From contig OY762721.1 in assembly GCA_963666345.1 (NCBI GenBank), positions 3,328,001 to 3,392,000 of the forward strand: a stretch of DNA of 64,000 bases. Reading direction: 5' to 3'. Both the position numbers and the translations under genes were made by a program. The stretch comes from Desulfatiglandales bacterium. GTDB taxonomy: Bacteria; Desulfobacterota; DSM-4660; Desulfatiglandales; Desulfatiglandaceae. Below are positions 1 to 9,461 of this stretch, piece after piece. The notes beneath the pieces were generated by a model. That model saw only the letters and a program-made list of their open reading frames with translations. It was not told where the DNA came from and did not search any database. Numbering within the stretch: position 1 is the stretch's first letter; every line of letters starts with the position of its first letter.

Positions 1-78
1 AAATTTTCTGCTGACAGACCTCGTGTTTCATGCGGGTTCCATAAGTCACCGGGGTCGTAAAACCACAAGGAGATTATT

Positions 79-1749
79 GTGAAAAGTCAAGACAAACATG
101 ATTACCCGGTCATTAATGCCGATGTCCTGATAATCGGCGGCGGAAGCGCCGGTGCAATGGCGGCCATACGCGCCAAAGAGGTCGCTCCTGATCAGGAAGT
201 CGTTGTTTTTGAAAAAGGGGAGTTCAAATATTCAGGTTGCATTGCCCGGGGCATGGACGCCCTTAATATCGTGGCGATCCCGGGAAAGGAAAGCCCGGAT
301 CTTTATGTGGAGTCAAATGCCATGGCCTGCCAGGGGATTATGGATGAATCCCCCTCATATATAATGGCCAAGCGCAGCTGGGAGATGATGCAGAAGCTCA
401 TAGATCTGGGCGTCTATTTTCCTCAGGATGAAAATGGAGAGTATGAAAGGCTTCAGGTGCATCCAAAGGGAAGGTTCTGCGTTACCATGAAAGAGCCTGA
501 ACTCAAGTCAATCCTTTCCACCAGGGCTGTCGATCTGGGTGCCAGGGTGGTAAACCGGATCGTAACACTCCGCCTGCTCAAGGATGACGGAAGGATCAGC
601 GGGGCGGTCGGGATGGATGTGCGGACCGGGGAGATTATCGTCTGCCATGCCAGGTCCGTAATCCTGTGCGCGGGTGGAACAGCCAGATTCGGCCTGCCGG
701 AAAACGGGTATCTCTACGGAGGGTATGATTTTCCCGGCAACACGGGAGACGGCTATATCCTCGCCTACCGGGCCGGCGCAAAGCTGAGCGGTTTCGAATA
801 CACGCTTGTATATTACATTATCAAGGATATAAACGCCCCCCTTCTCTACATTACCCTTACCAGGGGAGCGCATTTACTGAATGCCTTTAACGATACCTTT
901 CATGAAAACCACCCCGGCATCCTTCTTATGCATGATGAGCATGGGGCCGGCAGAGGCCCGATGCGCATCGATATGCGGCATATGCCCGAAGAAAAGATCA
1001 AAGAGGTGGAAGATATCCTTTTTACAACGGAGCGGCCCGTGCAGGAACGCTTTTTCAAGGGAAGAGGCGTTGATTTCCGCTCCGGAGAAATTGAACTGTG
1101 GCCCACCGACTGCTATCTGTGCGGCGGGCACGGGCTTACAGGGGTGATGGTCAACGACAGGGCGGAGACAAACGTTCCGGGGCTTTATGCGGCAGGTGAC
1201 ACATCCCTTGTCGCCAGAGGACATCTGAGCGGGGCGCTTGTATTCGGAATGATAGCAGCTGAAAGGGCAAGCGAATATTCCAGAGACCTCTCCGGGCCGA
1301 CATTGGATTTCGGTCAGGTGGATTCAGTTATCAAAGACAGGGCCGAAAGGATGTCTCAAACCGGGAACCCGGTTTCCATCGAAGAATTCGAATTCAAGGT
1401 GCGGCGCATTATTAACGATTATATCAAGCCGCCGAAAAACGAATACAAACTGAACCGGGCCTTGTGGTGGATGAACCGGTTCCGTGAAGAGCTGAAAACG
1501 ATGGTCAGGGTAAAAGGCGCACATGACCTGTTCAAGGTCTATGAAGTGGAAAACATAATTCAGTGTGCGCATATGAGCGCGATTGCATCCAAGACCCGCA
1601 CGGAAAGCAGGTGGGGCCTTTGGCATCATCGTTCCGACTACCCTGAGCGAAACGACGGTGAATGGTTGAAGCATATAGTGCTTACAATGGGAGACGGCCT
1701 CGAAGATGCCAGGGTCTCCTTCCAGGAAATAGAAAAAATGAAGCACTGA
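79..1749 (+). CDS. FAD-dependent oxidoreductase flavoprotein of the succinate dehydrogenase/fumarate reductase/APS reductase alpha superfamily (AprA/AsfA-like)
   Basis: GTG start after AGGAG. N-terminal IIGGGSAG FAD fold, EKG..YSGCIARGMDALN segment, GLYAAGD and RTESRWG..H.R.DYPE C-terminal motif. At 556 aa it is shorter than typical dissimilatory AprA. Confidence 0.8.
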   Translation: MKSQDKHDYPVINADVLIIGGGSAGAMAAIRAKEVAPDQEVVVFEKGEFKYSGCIARGMDALNIVAIPGKESPDLYVESNAMACQGIMDESPSYIMAKRSWEMMQKLIDLGVYFPQDENGEYERLQVHPKGRFCVTMKEPELKSILSTRAVDLGARVVNRIVTLRLLKDDGRISGAVGMDVRTGEIIVCHARSVILCAGGTARFGLPENGYLYGGYDFPGNTGDGYILAYRAGAKLSGFEYTLVYYIIKDINAPLLYITLTRGAHLLNAFNDTFHENHPGILLMHDEHGAGRGPMRIDMRHMPEEKIKEVEDILFTTERPVQERFFKGRGVDFRSGEIELWPTDCYLCGGHGLTGVMVNDRAETNVPGLYAAGDTSLVARGHLSGALVFGMIAAERASEYSRDLSGPTLDFGQVDSVIKDRAERMSQTGNPVSIEEFEFKVRRIINDYIKPPKNEYKLNRALWWMNRFREELKTMVRVKGAHDLFKVYEVENIIQCAHMSAIASKTRTESRWGLWHHRSDYPERNDGEWLKHIVLTMGDGLEDARVSFQEIEKMKH

Positions 1750-1821
1750 TTCAAGTGAAAACGATTTTACCGGAAAAGAGGTTTTCGTAAAATATCATCG
1801 CCAATCATGGAGTAAAAGGAA

Positions 1822-3429
1822 ATGATGAACAGTTCAAATATTCTTGAAGCGCTCAGTGACAACATCAAGATTGATAAGGATAAATGCATCTTTTGCGGAA
1901 AATGTGTGGATCACTGTATCCTTGATAATCTGCGAATGAAGCTGGCCCCCTGCCGCCAGGCCTGCCCCCTTGGAGTAAACGTCCAGGGATATGTGCAGCT
2001 CATAAATCGGGGGGAAGAAGAAAAGGCAAGGGAGGCGGTACGGGAAACGCTTCCTTTTCCGGAAATCCTCGCGCATATCTGCGATGCACCCTGCGAACGG
2101 GCCTGCCACCGCAAGGTGGTTACAGGGCAGGCTGTGGGGATCAGATCTCTCAAGCACTATCTTTTTAATCCAGAAACCTGTAATAAAGGCATTTCCCTGC
2201 CGGAGAAGAAACCTGCCTCAGGGAAAAGCTCGGCAATAGTGGGATCCGGTCCGGCCGGCATGCTGGCGGCCTATGATCTTGCCGTGGCCGGCCACGGTGT
2301 GACGATTTTTGAAGCCGATGAAAAACCTGGAGGACTTTTGAACAGGGTCATACCCTCTTTCAGGCTTCCCTCCGATGTTCTGGATCGGGAAGTTGAAGTG
2401 CTTCACAGGCTGGGGGTGATTTTCCGGTTCAGCGTCAGGGTGGGGCGGGACATAACCATGAATGAGCTGGAGGCTCAATTCGATTCCATAGTCTTATCGA
2501 CCGGCCTCGGGGGGCAGTTGGAATTGAATGCCCCGGGTGAGGAACTTGAAGGGGTCATAAAGGGCCTGGAACTGATGGAAGAGGTAAAACAGGGAAGGGC
2601 AAAGGAACTGAGCGGAAAAACCGTTGTAATCGGAGGCGGTAATGCCGCGGTGGATGCAGCCCAGGTTGCCCTGCGTCTCGGCGCGAAGGAAGTGACTATA
2701 ATAAGCCTTGAGAAAGAAGATGATCTGCCTGCAAGCGAAGAAGAACTGCTGCGGGCGGTTGAAAACGGAATCAAACTGAAATGCGGCTGGGGAGTAGACG
2801 CGATTACCGGGACACAGGGCAGGGTAGCCGGTATCAGTCTGAAGAGCTGCGTTTCCCTGTTTGATGAAAAAGGATGCTTTAATCCCTATTTCGACTGTGG
2901 TGTCACGGAAGCGATTGAGGCGGATTATGTTGTTGTATCGATAGGCCAAAAAGACGATACTCTGAGCTGGATGCCGGTCGGGGATCTTGAGGCCGACCCC
3001 ATCACCCTTCAGTGCCGCAGGGAAAGAGTCTTCCTGGCGGGAGACTGTGAGTCAGGCCCTTCATCCGTGGTTCAGGCGATGGCTTCAGGCAGAAGGGCCG
3101 CTGAATCAGTCGACAGGTTCCTGAGGGGAGAGCATCTCATGTTCAATCGCTCCTATGCAGGGCCGGTGGAGACCGAGTTCGATATCGACACGAGCAGGGG
3201 GAGCGATCTTGACAGGGTTTTTCCTGAAATTCATGGATGTAGAGGCAAGGGCGACTTCGATGCGGTAGAGCAGCCCTTTACCGCGGGGCAGGCAGGTATG
3301 GAGTCCGGGCGATGTTACTCATGCGGCGGTCCTTTCGGGCGATATCGCAACTGCTGGTTCTGCCTTCCCTGCGAGGTGGAGTGTCCTGAAGAGGCGCTGT
3401 GGGTCGAGGTACCCTATCTACTCCGGTAG
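1822..3429 (+). CDS. 4Fe-4S/FAD NAD(P)H oxidoreductase (GltD/NfnB/DsrL-like core) with ferredoxin half-motifs at both termini
   Basis: CIFCGKCVDHC at the N-terminus; PCRQACP and ICDAPCERAC clusters; VGSGPAG and VIGGGNAA Rossmann motifs; RCYSCG and CWFCLPCEVECP..PYLLR at the C-terminus. Confidence 0.85.
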   Translation: MMNSSNILEALSDNIKIDKDKCIFCGKCVDHCILDNLRMKLAPCRQACPLGVNVQGYVQLINRGEEEKAREAVRETLPFPEILAHICDAPCERACHRKVVTGQAVGIRSLKHYLFNPETCNKGISLPEKKPASGKSSAIVGSGPAGMLAAYDLAVAGHGVTIFEADEKPGGLLNRVIPSFRLPSDVLDREVEVLHRLGVIFRFSVRVGRDITMNELEAQFDSIVLSTGLGGQLELNAPGEELEGVIKGLELMEEVKQGRAKELSGKTVVIGGGNAAVDAAQVALRLGAKEVTIISLEKEDDLPASEEELLRAVENGIKLKCGWGVDAITGTQGRVAGISLKSCVSLFDEKGCFNPYFDCGVTEAIEADYVVVSIGQKDDTLSWMPVGDLEADPITLQCRRERVFLAGDCESGPSSVVQAMASGRRAAESVDRFLRGEHLMFNRSYAGPVETEFDIDTSRGSDLDRVFPEIHGCRGKGDFDAVEQPFTAGQAGMESGRCYSCGGPFGRYRNCWFCLPCEVECPEEALWVEVPYLLR

Positions 3430-3529
3430 TAAGGGAGATTACCGGTTGGCAGGATAAAACAAAATGTACCGGAATTTCAGTTTGTTTTTGGAAAGGCATA
3501 AACAAAAACCATTAACAGAGGAGACCTAA

Positions 3530-4495
3530 ATGAAAAAGATTTTTTTTACACTCATTATGTTTGTATTAATGGTTGGACTTTGTGGTAACGCCTATTCGGC
3601 GGATAACTATCCTAACAAGCCTATCACGATTATCGTTCCTTGGGGTGCGGGAGGAATGTCCAATGTCAGTACCAGAATGCTGGGGGAGAGGATGAAATCG
3701 ATCCTGGGTCAGCCGATAGTCTACATTAACAAGCCTGGAGCAAGCGGAATCATAGGACTTAACACCCTGAAGAAGGCAAAACCGGACGGGTACACCATTG
3801 CCTCCGGAGGATTGACGCTCGGTTTTACGGCCCCCTTCTTCCTGGATGCCGAACCCTTCAGTGTCAAGGACTTCTCCCTTATAGGCAGTTACATGCCTCA
3901 GGAACGCGTGCTTTTCACAACCCCCGACAAACCCTACAAGACCTGGGAAGAATTCATCGCCTACAGCAAGGCCAACCCCGGTGAGGTTTCAGTGGGTTCC
4001 GGAGGCGCACAGTGGGCGCTGGAGGTTATGAAGAGCATTGCCAAAAAGGAAAATATCAAATGGAAATATGTCATGTTCAAAAGCGGCGGGGCTGCGTCAT
4101 CGGCCATCCTGGGCGGGCATGTCGACGTCTGTGAAACAGGAACGGGAACGCCCGCATATCAGTCCGCCCGTAAGGGTAAGCTGATAGCGCTGGTGGATCT
4201 GGGCTCGGACAGCGTCCCGTTTTTTCCGGATGTGAAAAACATGAAGCATTACGGATACAAATTCTCCACCATGCTGGAATACGGCATGGTGCTGCCCAAG
4301 GGAGTTCCCGAAGAGATAAGGGCAAAACTGGAAAATGCGCTGAAGACGGTTATGCAGGACAAGGACCTGATGAAAAAGATGGGTGAAACAGGTTTCACGC
4401 CCAGGTTTGTCTCGGGGCAGGGCTATGAAAAAATCGTGAAAGAGGCCATAGAAAGCACTCCCGCTCTGCAGGAGTATGTGAAAGACGTCAAGTAG
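3530..4495 (+). CDS. tctC: Tripartite tricarboxylate transporter substrate-binding protein (TctC/Bug family)
   Basis: Signal peptide, then YPNKPITIIVPWGAGG and NKPGASG..G...AKPDGYT Bug-family motifs. Confidence 0.92.
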   Translation: MKKIFFTLIMFVLMVGLCGNAYSADNYPNKPITIIVPWGAGGMSNVSTRMLGERMKSILGQPIVYINKPGASGIIGLNTLKKAKPDGYTIASGGLTLGFTAPFFLDAEPFSVKDFSLIGSYMPQERVLFTTPDKPYKTWEEFIAYSKANPGEVSVGSGGAQWALEVMKSIAKKENIKWKYVMFKSGGAASSAILGGHVDVCETGTGTPAYQSARKGKLIALVDLGSDSVPFFPDVKNMKHYGYKFSTMLEYGMVLPKGVPEEIRAKLENALKTVMQDKDLMKKMGETGFTPRFVSGQGYEKIVKEAIESTPALQEYVKDVK

Positions 4496-4574
4496 TATAT
4501 CGGAAACCGGCTAATGCGGGCGCCCTGAATTATAGTGCCCATGGGGCGCCCGTTTCGTACAAAAGGGGGCTTAG

Positions 4575-5021
4575 GTGAAAGAGGATTTAAGGCTTGGTTC
4601 AATCATCCTTGTTTTCTGCGGGTTTCTCTGGTTTTACGCCATCCCTTATCATATAAAGGGATTTTTGCCTGCGCTTTTTCCAAGGTGTTTGACCGTTGCA
4701 ATGCTGATTCCCTGTGTGCTTCTTTTTATCAAAGGGTTAAGAGCCCGCAGGGCCGGAGAAATACAGCAGGCGGCTGTAGTGCCTGCGGCAGTGACCTTCA
4801 GGGCGCTCCTTGTGGTTCCCATTATGGTGGTCTATATCTTTTTGATCGATATAATAGGGTTTTACGTGACCACAGGCCTGTTCATTCTGATTTTTCTGCT
4901 CTTTTTCGGGGCTCGAAAGCCGTTGATTCTGATAATTTTCCCTATCGCAATGCCTTTGGTGGTTTATGCCGTGATAGGAAAGATCCTACATTTTCCTTTC
5001 CCGGAAGGGATGCTTTTTTAA
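4575..5021 (+). CDS. tctB: Tripartite tricarboxylate transporter small permease (TctB family)
   Basis: About four hydrophobic segments ending in FPFPEG; lies between tctC and tctA. Confidence 0.85.
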   Translation: MKEDLRLGSIILVFCGFLWFYAIPYHIKGFLPALFPRCLTVAMLIPCVLLFIKGLRARRAGEIQQAAVVPAAVTFRALLVVPIMVVYIFLIDIIGFYVTTGLFILIFLLFFGARKPLILIIFPIAMPLVVYAVIGKILHFPFPEGMLF

Positions 5022-5043
5022 ATTCCTTTGAGGAGTGCAGTTT

Positions 5044-6588
5044 ATGATCGAACAGATCTTAAGCGGGTTGAGCATGGTTCTGGTTCCCCAGAATCTGCTC
5101 TGGGCGTTTGCCGGTGTGGCGTTCGGCATGATTCTCGGTTCCATCCCGGGATTGACCGATAACATGGGGATTGTCCTGTTTCTTCCCTTTACCTTTTACC
5201 TCAGCCCGATTGCGGGTATTGCCATGCTCATGGGACTTACAAAGGGAGGCAACTTCGGAGGTTCCATCCCCGCTGTACTCTTCAATATCCCGGGGACACC
5301 CCAGGCAATGGTTACATGTATGGACGGGTATCCCCTGGCGCAACAGGGAAAGAGCGGCAAGGCCCTGAAGCAGGCACTTTATTCATCGGTCGTGGCGGAT
5401 GCCTGCAGTGATCTGATATTGATCTTCCTGGCTGCGCCGGTTGCGATGGTGGCTCTCAAGATAGGCCCCCCCGAGTATACTTCCATCATAATCTTCTCCC
5501 TGATCGTCATAAGTGTCGCCGCGTCGGAATATCCAATTCAGGGGGTCTTTGCCGTTATCCTGGGCCTGTTTCTAGGCACGGTGGGGACGGATCCTGAATT
5601 CGGCACAACGCGGCTCATATTTCATACCCTGGACCTGGCCGACGGGTTCCACATAATGCCGATGGTCATTGGGATGCTGGCCTTCTCAGAGGTCCTGCTT
5701 CAGCTGGAAAAGGAACTGCTGAAGCGTCTGGAAAAGAGATTTTCCAAAGCAAATGCCGCGGGCGCGGGAGGGGCGGGTAATTCAGCAGTCAAGGCCCTGG
5801 CTGAGGATCACAGCCTGAGCTGGAGGGAATTCAGAGAAACCCTGCCGACCGTGTTTCGCTCAACCGGCATTGGTGCCGCCATAGGCATCATACCGGGAAT
5901 CGGGACAACTGTAGGCTCCTACCTCAGCTATATTATGGCCAAACAGGCATCCAAGAATCCTGATAAGTTCGGAAAGGGCGCCCTTGAAGGGATCGCCGCC
6001 GCCGAGGCGGGAAACAATGCGGTGAACGGTCCCAACCTTATCCCTCTGGTGACCCTTGGTATCCCTGGAAATCTTGCGGCCGCTCTTATCCTGGGCGGTT
6101 TTATGATCAAGGGCCTGATCCCGGGTCCAACCTTCATGCAGACGAACGGGGACATGCTTTACGCGCTTTTTATAGTGCTTTTTTTGAGCAATATATTCAC
6201 GCTCGGTATCGGTTACTTTTACATAAAACATGTAAAAAATGTGGCATCCATATCAAAACCTTATCTGTTTACCGGGATCATTGTCTTCAGCGTCATAGGA
6301 AGTTATGTGAATTATGCCAGCGTATTCGACGTATTCGTCATGCTGGCCTTTGCGGTTCTCGGATATGTGCTGACAAAATTCAGGGTCAACCTGCCTACGG
6401 TGATAGTCGCCTTTTTCCTGGGGCCGATGCTTGAATCAAAATTCCGTCAGGCCCTCAAGATTTCCGGAGACGATCTGACCGTCTTTTTTACCAAACCCAT
6501 TTCTCTGGCATTCCTTGTCTTTACGGTAGTTGCGGTCATATTCCTGCTGCGGAAAAAGAATGCCATGGCCAGGAACAAAGTCAAATAA
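5044..6588 (+). CDS. tctA: Tripartite tricarboxylate transporter large permease (TctA family)
   Basis: GSIPGL, FGGSIPAVLFNIPGTP and AAEAGNNA..PLVTLGIPG motifs. ATG at 5044 follows GAGGAG (the ORF track starts at GTG 5035). Confidence 0.93.
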   Translation: MIEQILSGLSMVLVPQNLLWAFAGVAFGMILGSIPGLTDNMGIVLFLPFTFYLSPIAGIAMLMGLTKGGNFGGSIPAVLFNIPGTPQAMVTCMDGYPLAQQGKSGKALKQALYSSVVADACSDLILIFLAAPVAMVALKIGPPEYTSIIIFSLIVISVAASEYPIQGVFAVILGLFLGTVGTDPEFGTTRLIFHTLDLADGFHIMPMVIGMLAFSEVLLQLEKELLKRLEKRFSKANAAGAGGAGNSAVKALAEDHSLSWREFRETLPTVFRSTGIGAAIGIIPGIGTTVGSYLSYIMAKQASKNPDKFGKGALEGIAAAEAGNNAVNGPNLIPLVTLGIPGNLAAALILGGFMIKGLIPGPTFMQTNGDMLYALFIVLFLSNIFTLGIGYFYIKHVKNVASISKPYLFTGIIVFSVIGSYVNYASVFDVFVMLAFAVLGYVLTKFRVNLPTVIVAFFLGPMLESKFRQALKISGDDLTVFFTKPISLAFLVFTVVAVIFLLRKKNAMARNKVK

Positions 6589-6686
6589 GGTATTCCGCAT
6601 TACGGTGAAGGGTATCGAGGTAAATGCGAATGAACCGGGAAAGAAAAACAGTGCCTGAGTGGCCAAGAAAATAGAGGACAACGACG

Positions 6687-8096
6687 ATGAACGATTCCAT
6701 TTATCCACTGGTTGAATATGCCGCGGCAATGCGTGATGAGGACATCCCGGACCAGGTCATAAGAAAAACGGAAGATCTCTTTCAGGACACGATCGGGTGC
6801 ATCCTTTCAGGCAGCAGCGCCACAGGGATGAAGGAACTAAAAGAGATAACGGACCTTTGGGGCGGGGCCGGACACGCCACGGTTCTTCCTTTCGGTGAGC
6901 GGACAAGCGCTCCGTCAGCGGCATTTCTGAATGCGGCCATGGCGCATGCAAATGATTACGATGACACCCATGACAGTGCCGTGAATCATGGCTGCGTCAC
7001 CCTGGTACCGGCGCTTCTTGCCACCTGCGAGGCCTTGAGTGAGGATGAAGGTCGGAGCTTTTCAGGCGCTATTCCATTCAGACGGATTTCAGGACGGGAG
7101 ATCATCTCAGCCCTTGCCATAGGTCTTGATATATCAAACAGGATGGGTTTGGCCTTTATCCCCTACCTTCATGTGGGCTGGCTTCCCACAACCCTCTGGG
7201 GTCCCTTCGCGTGCGCTGCGGCATGCGGGAGACTGCTGCGGCTTGATACCGAAAGGATGTACAATGCCTTCGGTCTTGCCTATTCGCAGATTCATGCAAA
7301 CAGGCAGGGCCTTCTGGATGGTGTCCTCACCAAAAGGATTCAACCCGCATTCAGCGCTTCCGCCGGTGTAAACTCCGCCTTTTTTGCGGCCGATAACATA
7401 ACGGGGGCCAGGAACATAGTTGACGGTGATTTCGGGATCAGGGCGCTTTATACCTCAGGGCGGATCGACAAGGGGCATATCCGTGACGGTTTGGGGACCT
7501 TTTTTGAGACTGTAAACGTAAGCATCAAGCCTTATCCCTGCTGCCGCTGCACCCACCCGGTGATCGATGCGGCGCTTACTCTTAAAAAGGAGCATTCCAT
7601 TGACTGGAATAATATCAGCAGAGGCATCATATATCTGCCTCCCCAGGCAATGGGGCAGATAGGAAACGAATTCGAGATCCGTGATAACCCGACCGTGGAT
7701 GCCCAGTTCAGCGCGCAATATACGGCCGCGCTTTCATTTATAAGGGGATGGCCCGTGATAGATGACTTTGAAAAGGAAAATGTCATCTCCCGCGAGGATA
7801 TTAAAACGCTTGCAAAAAGGTTCAGCACTGTTGAATTCGAAAAGAATCAATCCGGCCTTGTTCCTGTTGAAATGGATCTGATCTTAAAGGACGGAAGAAA
7901 TTTCCATGCGAGGATTCCGGCTGCAAAAGGAAGCAGGGAAAATCCCCTTACCAAAGATGAACTCGTTCTGAAATTCAACAATTGTCTGGATAATTCGGCA
8001 AAGAAATACCCGCGGGATGCAAGGGAGAAAATACTCAAGGGAATGGAAGAATTTGTCAACTTTGAGGATATGAGGGAATTTATGAGGTTGTTTTAG
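6687..8096 (+). CDS. MmgE/PrpD family protein
   Basis: AAFLNAAMAHANDYDDTH, KPYPCCRCTHP, AQFS and KGS.ENPL motifs. Confidence 0.9.
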   Translation: MNDSIYPLVEYAAAMRDEDIPDQVIRKTEDLFQDTIGCILSGSSATGMKELKEITDLWGGAGHATVLPFGERTSAPSAAFLNAAMAHANDYDDTHDSAVNHGCVTLVPALLATCEALSEDEGRSFSGAIPFRRISGREIISALAIGLDISNRMGLAFIPYLHVGWLPTTLWGPFACAAACGRLLRLDTERMYNAFGLAYSQIHANRQGLLDGVLTKRIQPAFSASAGVNSAFFAADNITGARNIVDGDFGIRALYTSGRIDKGHIRDGLGTFFETVNVSIKPYPCCRCTHPVIDAALTLKKEHSIDWNNISRGIIYLPPQAMGQIGNEFEIRDNPTVDAQFSAQYTAALSFIRGWPVIDDFEKENVISREDIKTLAKRFSTVEFEKNQSGLVPVEMDLILKDGRNFHARIPAAKGSRENPLTKDELVLKFNNCLDNSAKKYPRDAREKILKGMEEFVNFEDMREFMRLF

Positions 8097-8098
8097 AT

Positions 8099-8836
8099 TC
8101 AGAATTCCCTGCAGATATTCCTTGACCCGGTAAGACAGTAGCTTATTCGGTATTCATAGGGCCTTTTTTTGTAGGTGAAGGCAATCATCTCGATAGACAG
8201 GACCGGAGAGCCTTCAGGTATTTTTAGTATGCCAGCGATGTCTTTTTCGGCGGGAACGGCACTTATAAGCTCCTTGTTGGAGATGGTAGGCATTCCAAAT
8301 TTATTTTCCAGCACTAGGAACAGAGGCACTCTCTCAAAGTTTCTCGGGGAGATCGTTTCAATGTCTTTGAATTTGTCATGCGGCAGATAGGACACGGTAT
8401 AAATTATCGGTTTTTTATCCGACGAGATGAAGATCCTCTTTATCTCAAAGAGGTCGTCTTTTTGCCCGATCTTCAGATTTCGATTGATTGTGTCGACGGC
8501 ACTTGTCTTTTTAAGGTCAAGGAATCTGATCCTCAGGCTGGCTTCTTTGCTCCTGAAGTCTTTGAGATAGCGGTAGTAGCGCATGCTCTCTCTTTTTATG
8601 GAAGTTCCCGCTATAAAAGTCCCCTTTCCTCGCACCCTGTAAAGAAAACCTCCGTTTACAAGGTTCAGAATTGCCTTTTTCACGGTCCCCGGACTGACGT
8701 TATGGACCCTGGCAAGGTCCTTTTCAGGGCTGATCATGTCACCCGGTCCCAAGTGCCCGTTTTCTATTTCCCTCTGAATCTGCATCTGCAGTTTGTAATA
8801 AAGCGGTGTAGGGTTTCCTGAATCTCTGTTAAGCAT
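8099..8836 (-). CDS. GntR family (HutC/UTRA-type) transcriptional regulator
   Basis: PLYYKL..I, E..LA....VS..TVKKA and RGKGTF wHTH, followed by a UTRA-like C-terminal domain. Convergent on the MmgE/PrpD gene. Confidence 0.9.
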   Translation of the reverse strand: MLNRDSGNPTPLYYKLQMQIQREIENGHLGPGDMISPEKDLARVHNVSPGTVKKAILNLVNGGFLYRVRGKGTFIAGTSIKRESMRYYRYLKDFRSKEASLRIRFLDLKKTSAVDTINRNLKIGQKDDLFEIKRIFISSDKKPIIYTVSYLPHDKFKDIETISPRNFERVPLFLVLENKFGMPTISNKELISAVPAEKDIAGILKIPEGSPVLSIEMIAFTYKKRPYEYRISYCLTGSRNICREF

Positions 8837-9461
8837 CTAAATGATTCCACGTATGTTAATATTTAAAATTTACCGCTTGATGCGAAGTTGAAATAACCCC
8901 TTTCACACGATTGCCATATATCGACGGGGGAAGGTGGGGTGTTTCAACCCGGGAAAACGGGCAGGGGCCTGTTCCGGAAAGCGCCGGCGCCGAAAGAACA
9001 ATCGCATGGGGTTTTGTCCGGTAATGCCCCCGTTCTCTTCTGCATCTCATCGTCTATTGAAAGAGTCATCCTCGTGTTTCCATCATATCGTCATCGTAAA
9101 TGATGTCAAGAGATCATTTGAGTGATAACCCATCCATAACTGATTGAATAACCTCCGAAACAGGTGATAAGGTCCTCTTTACGGCCGTTGCGTACACGGT
9201 TGACCGGCAGATGCGGGGTAGACAACATGTGCTCCCAGGTGGTATAAGTTTTTTGTCGGAAAGGTAAGATATACGCCCGATCCGGAGATTTTTAAAAATG
9301 ATAAAGGCAAAAAAAGGTAAACTATGCCGACGATCAGGAGATCTTAAACCCGTCCCCTGAGAACTCACAATCCCGTTATGAACAGTAACCGGTAGCACTG
9401 GGTTGATCGAGGAGATTGCGTAGGCACCAGGGAGTCGAAATCTTAAAAGAAAGGAAAAAAC

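Noticed and set aside
79..1749. Calling the first gene dissimilatory aprA, sdhA or nadB
   Set aside because: It is shorter than typical AprA, no qmo or sdhBC neighbours are visible, and its motifs fit only the broader superfamily.
9290..9440. Possible TPP or c-di-GMP riboswitch upstream of the M14 gene
   Set aside because: Isolated words (CTGAGA, GCGTAGG, AAAGGCAAA) occur, but the conserved spacing and pairing of either aptamer are missing.
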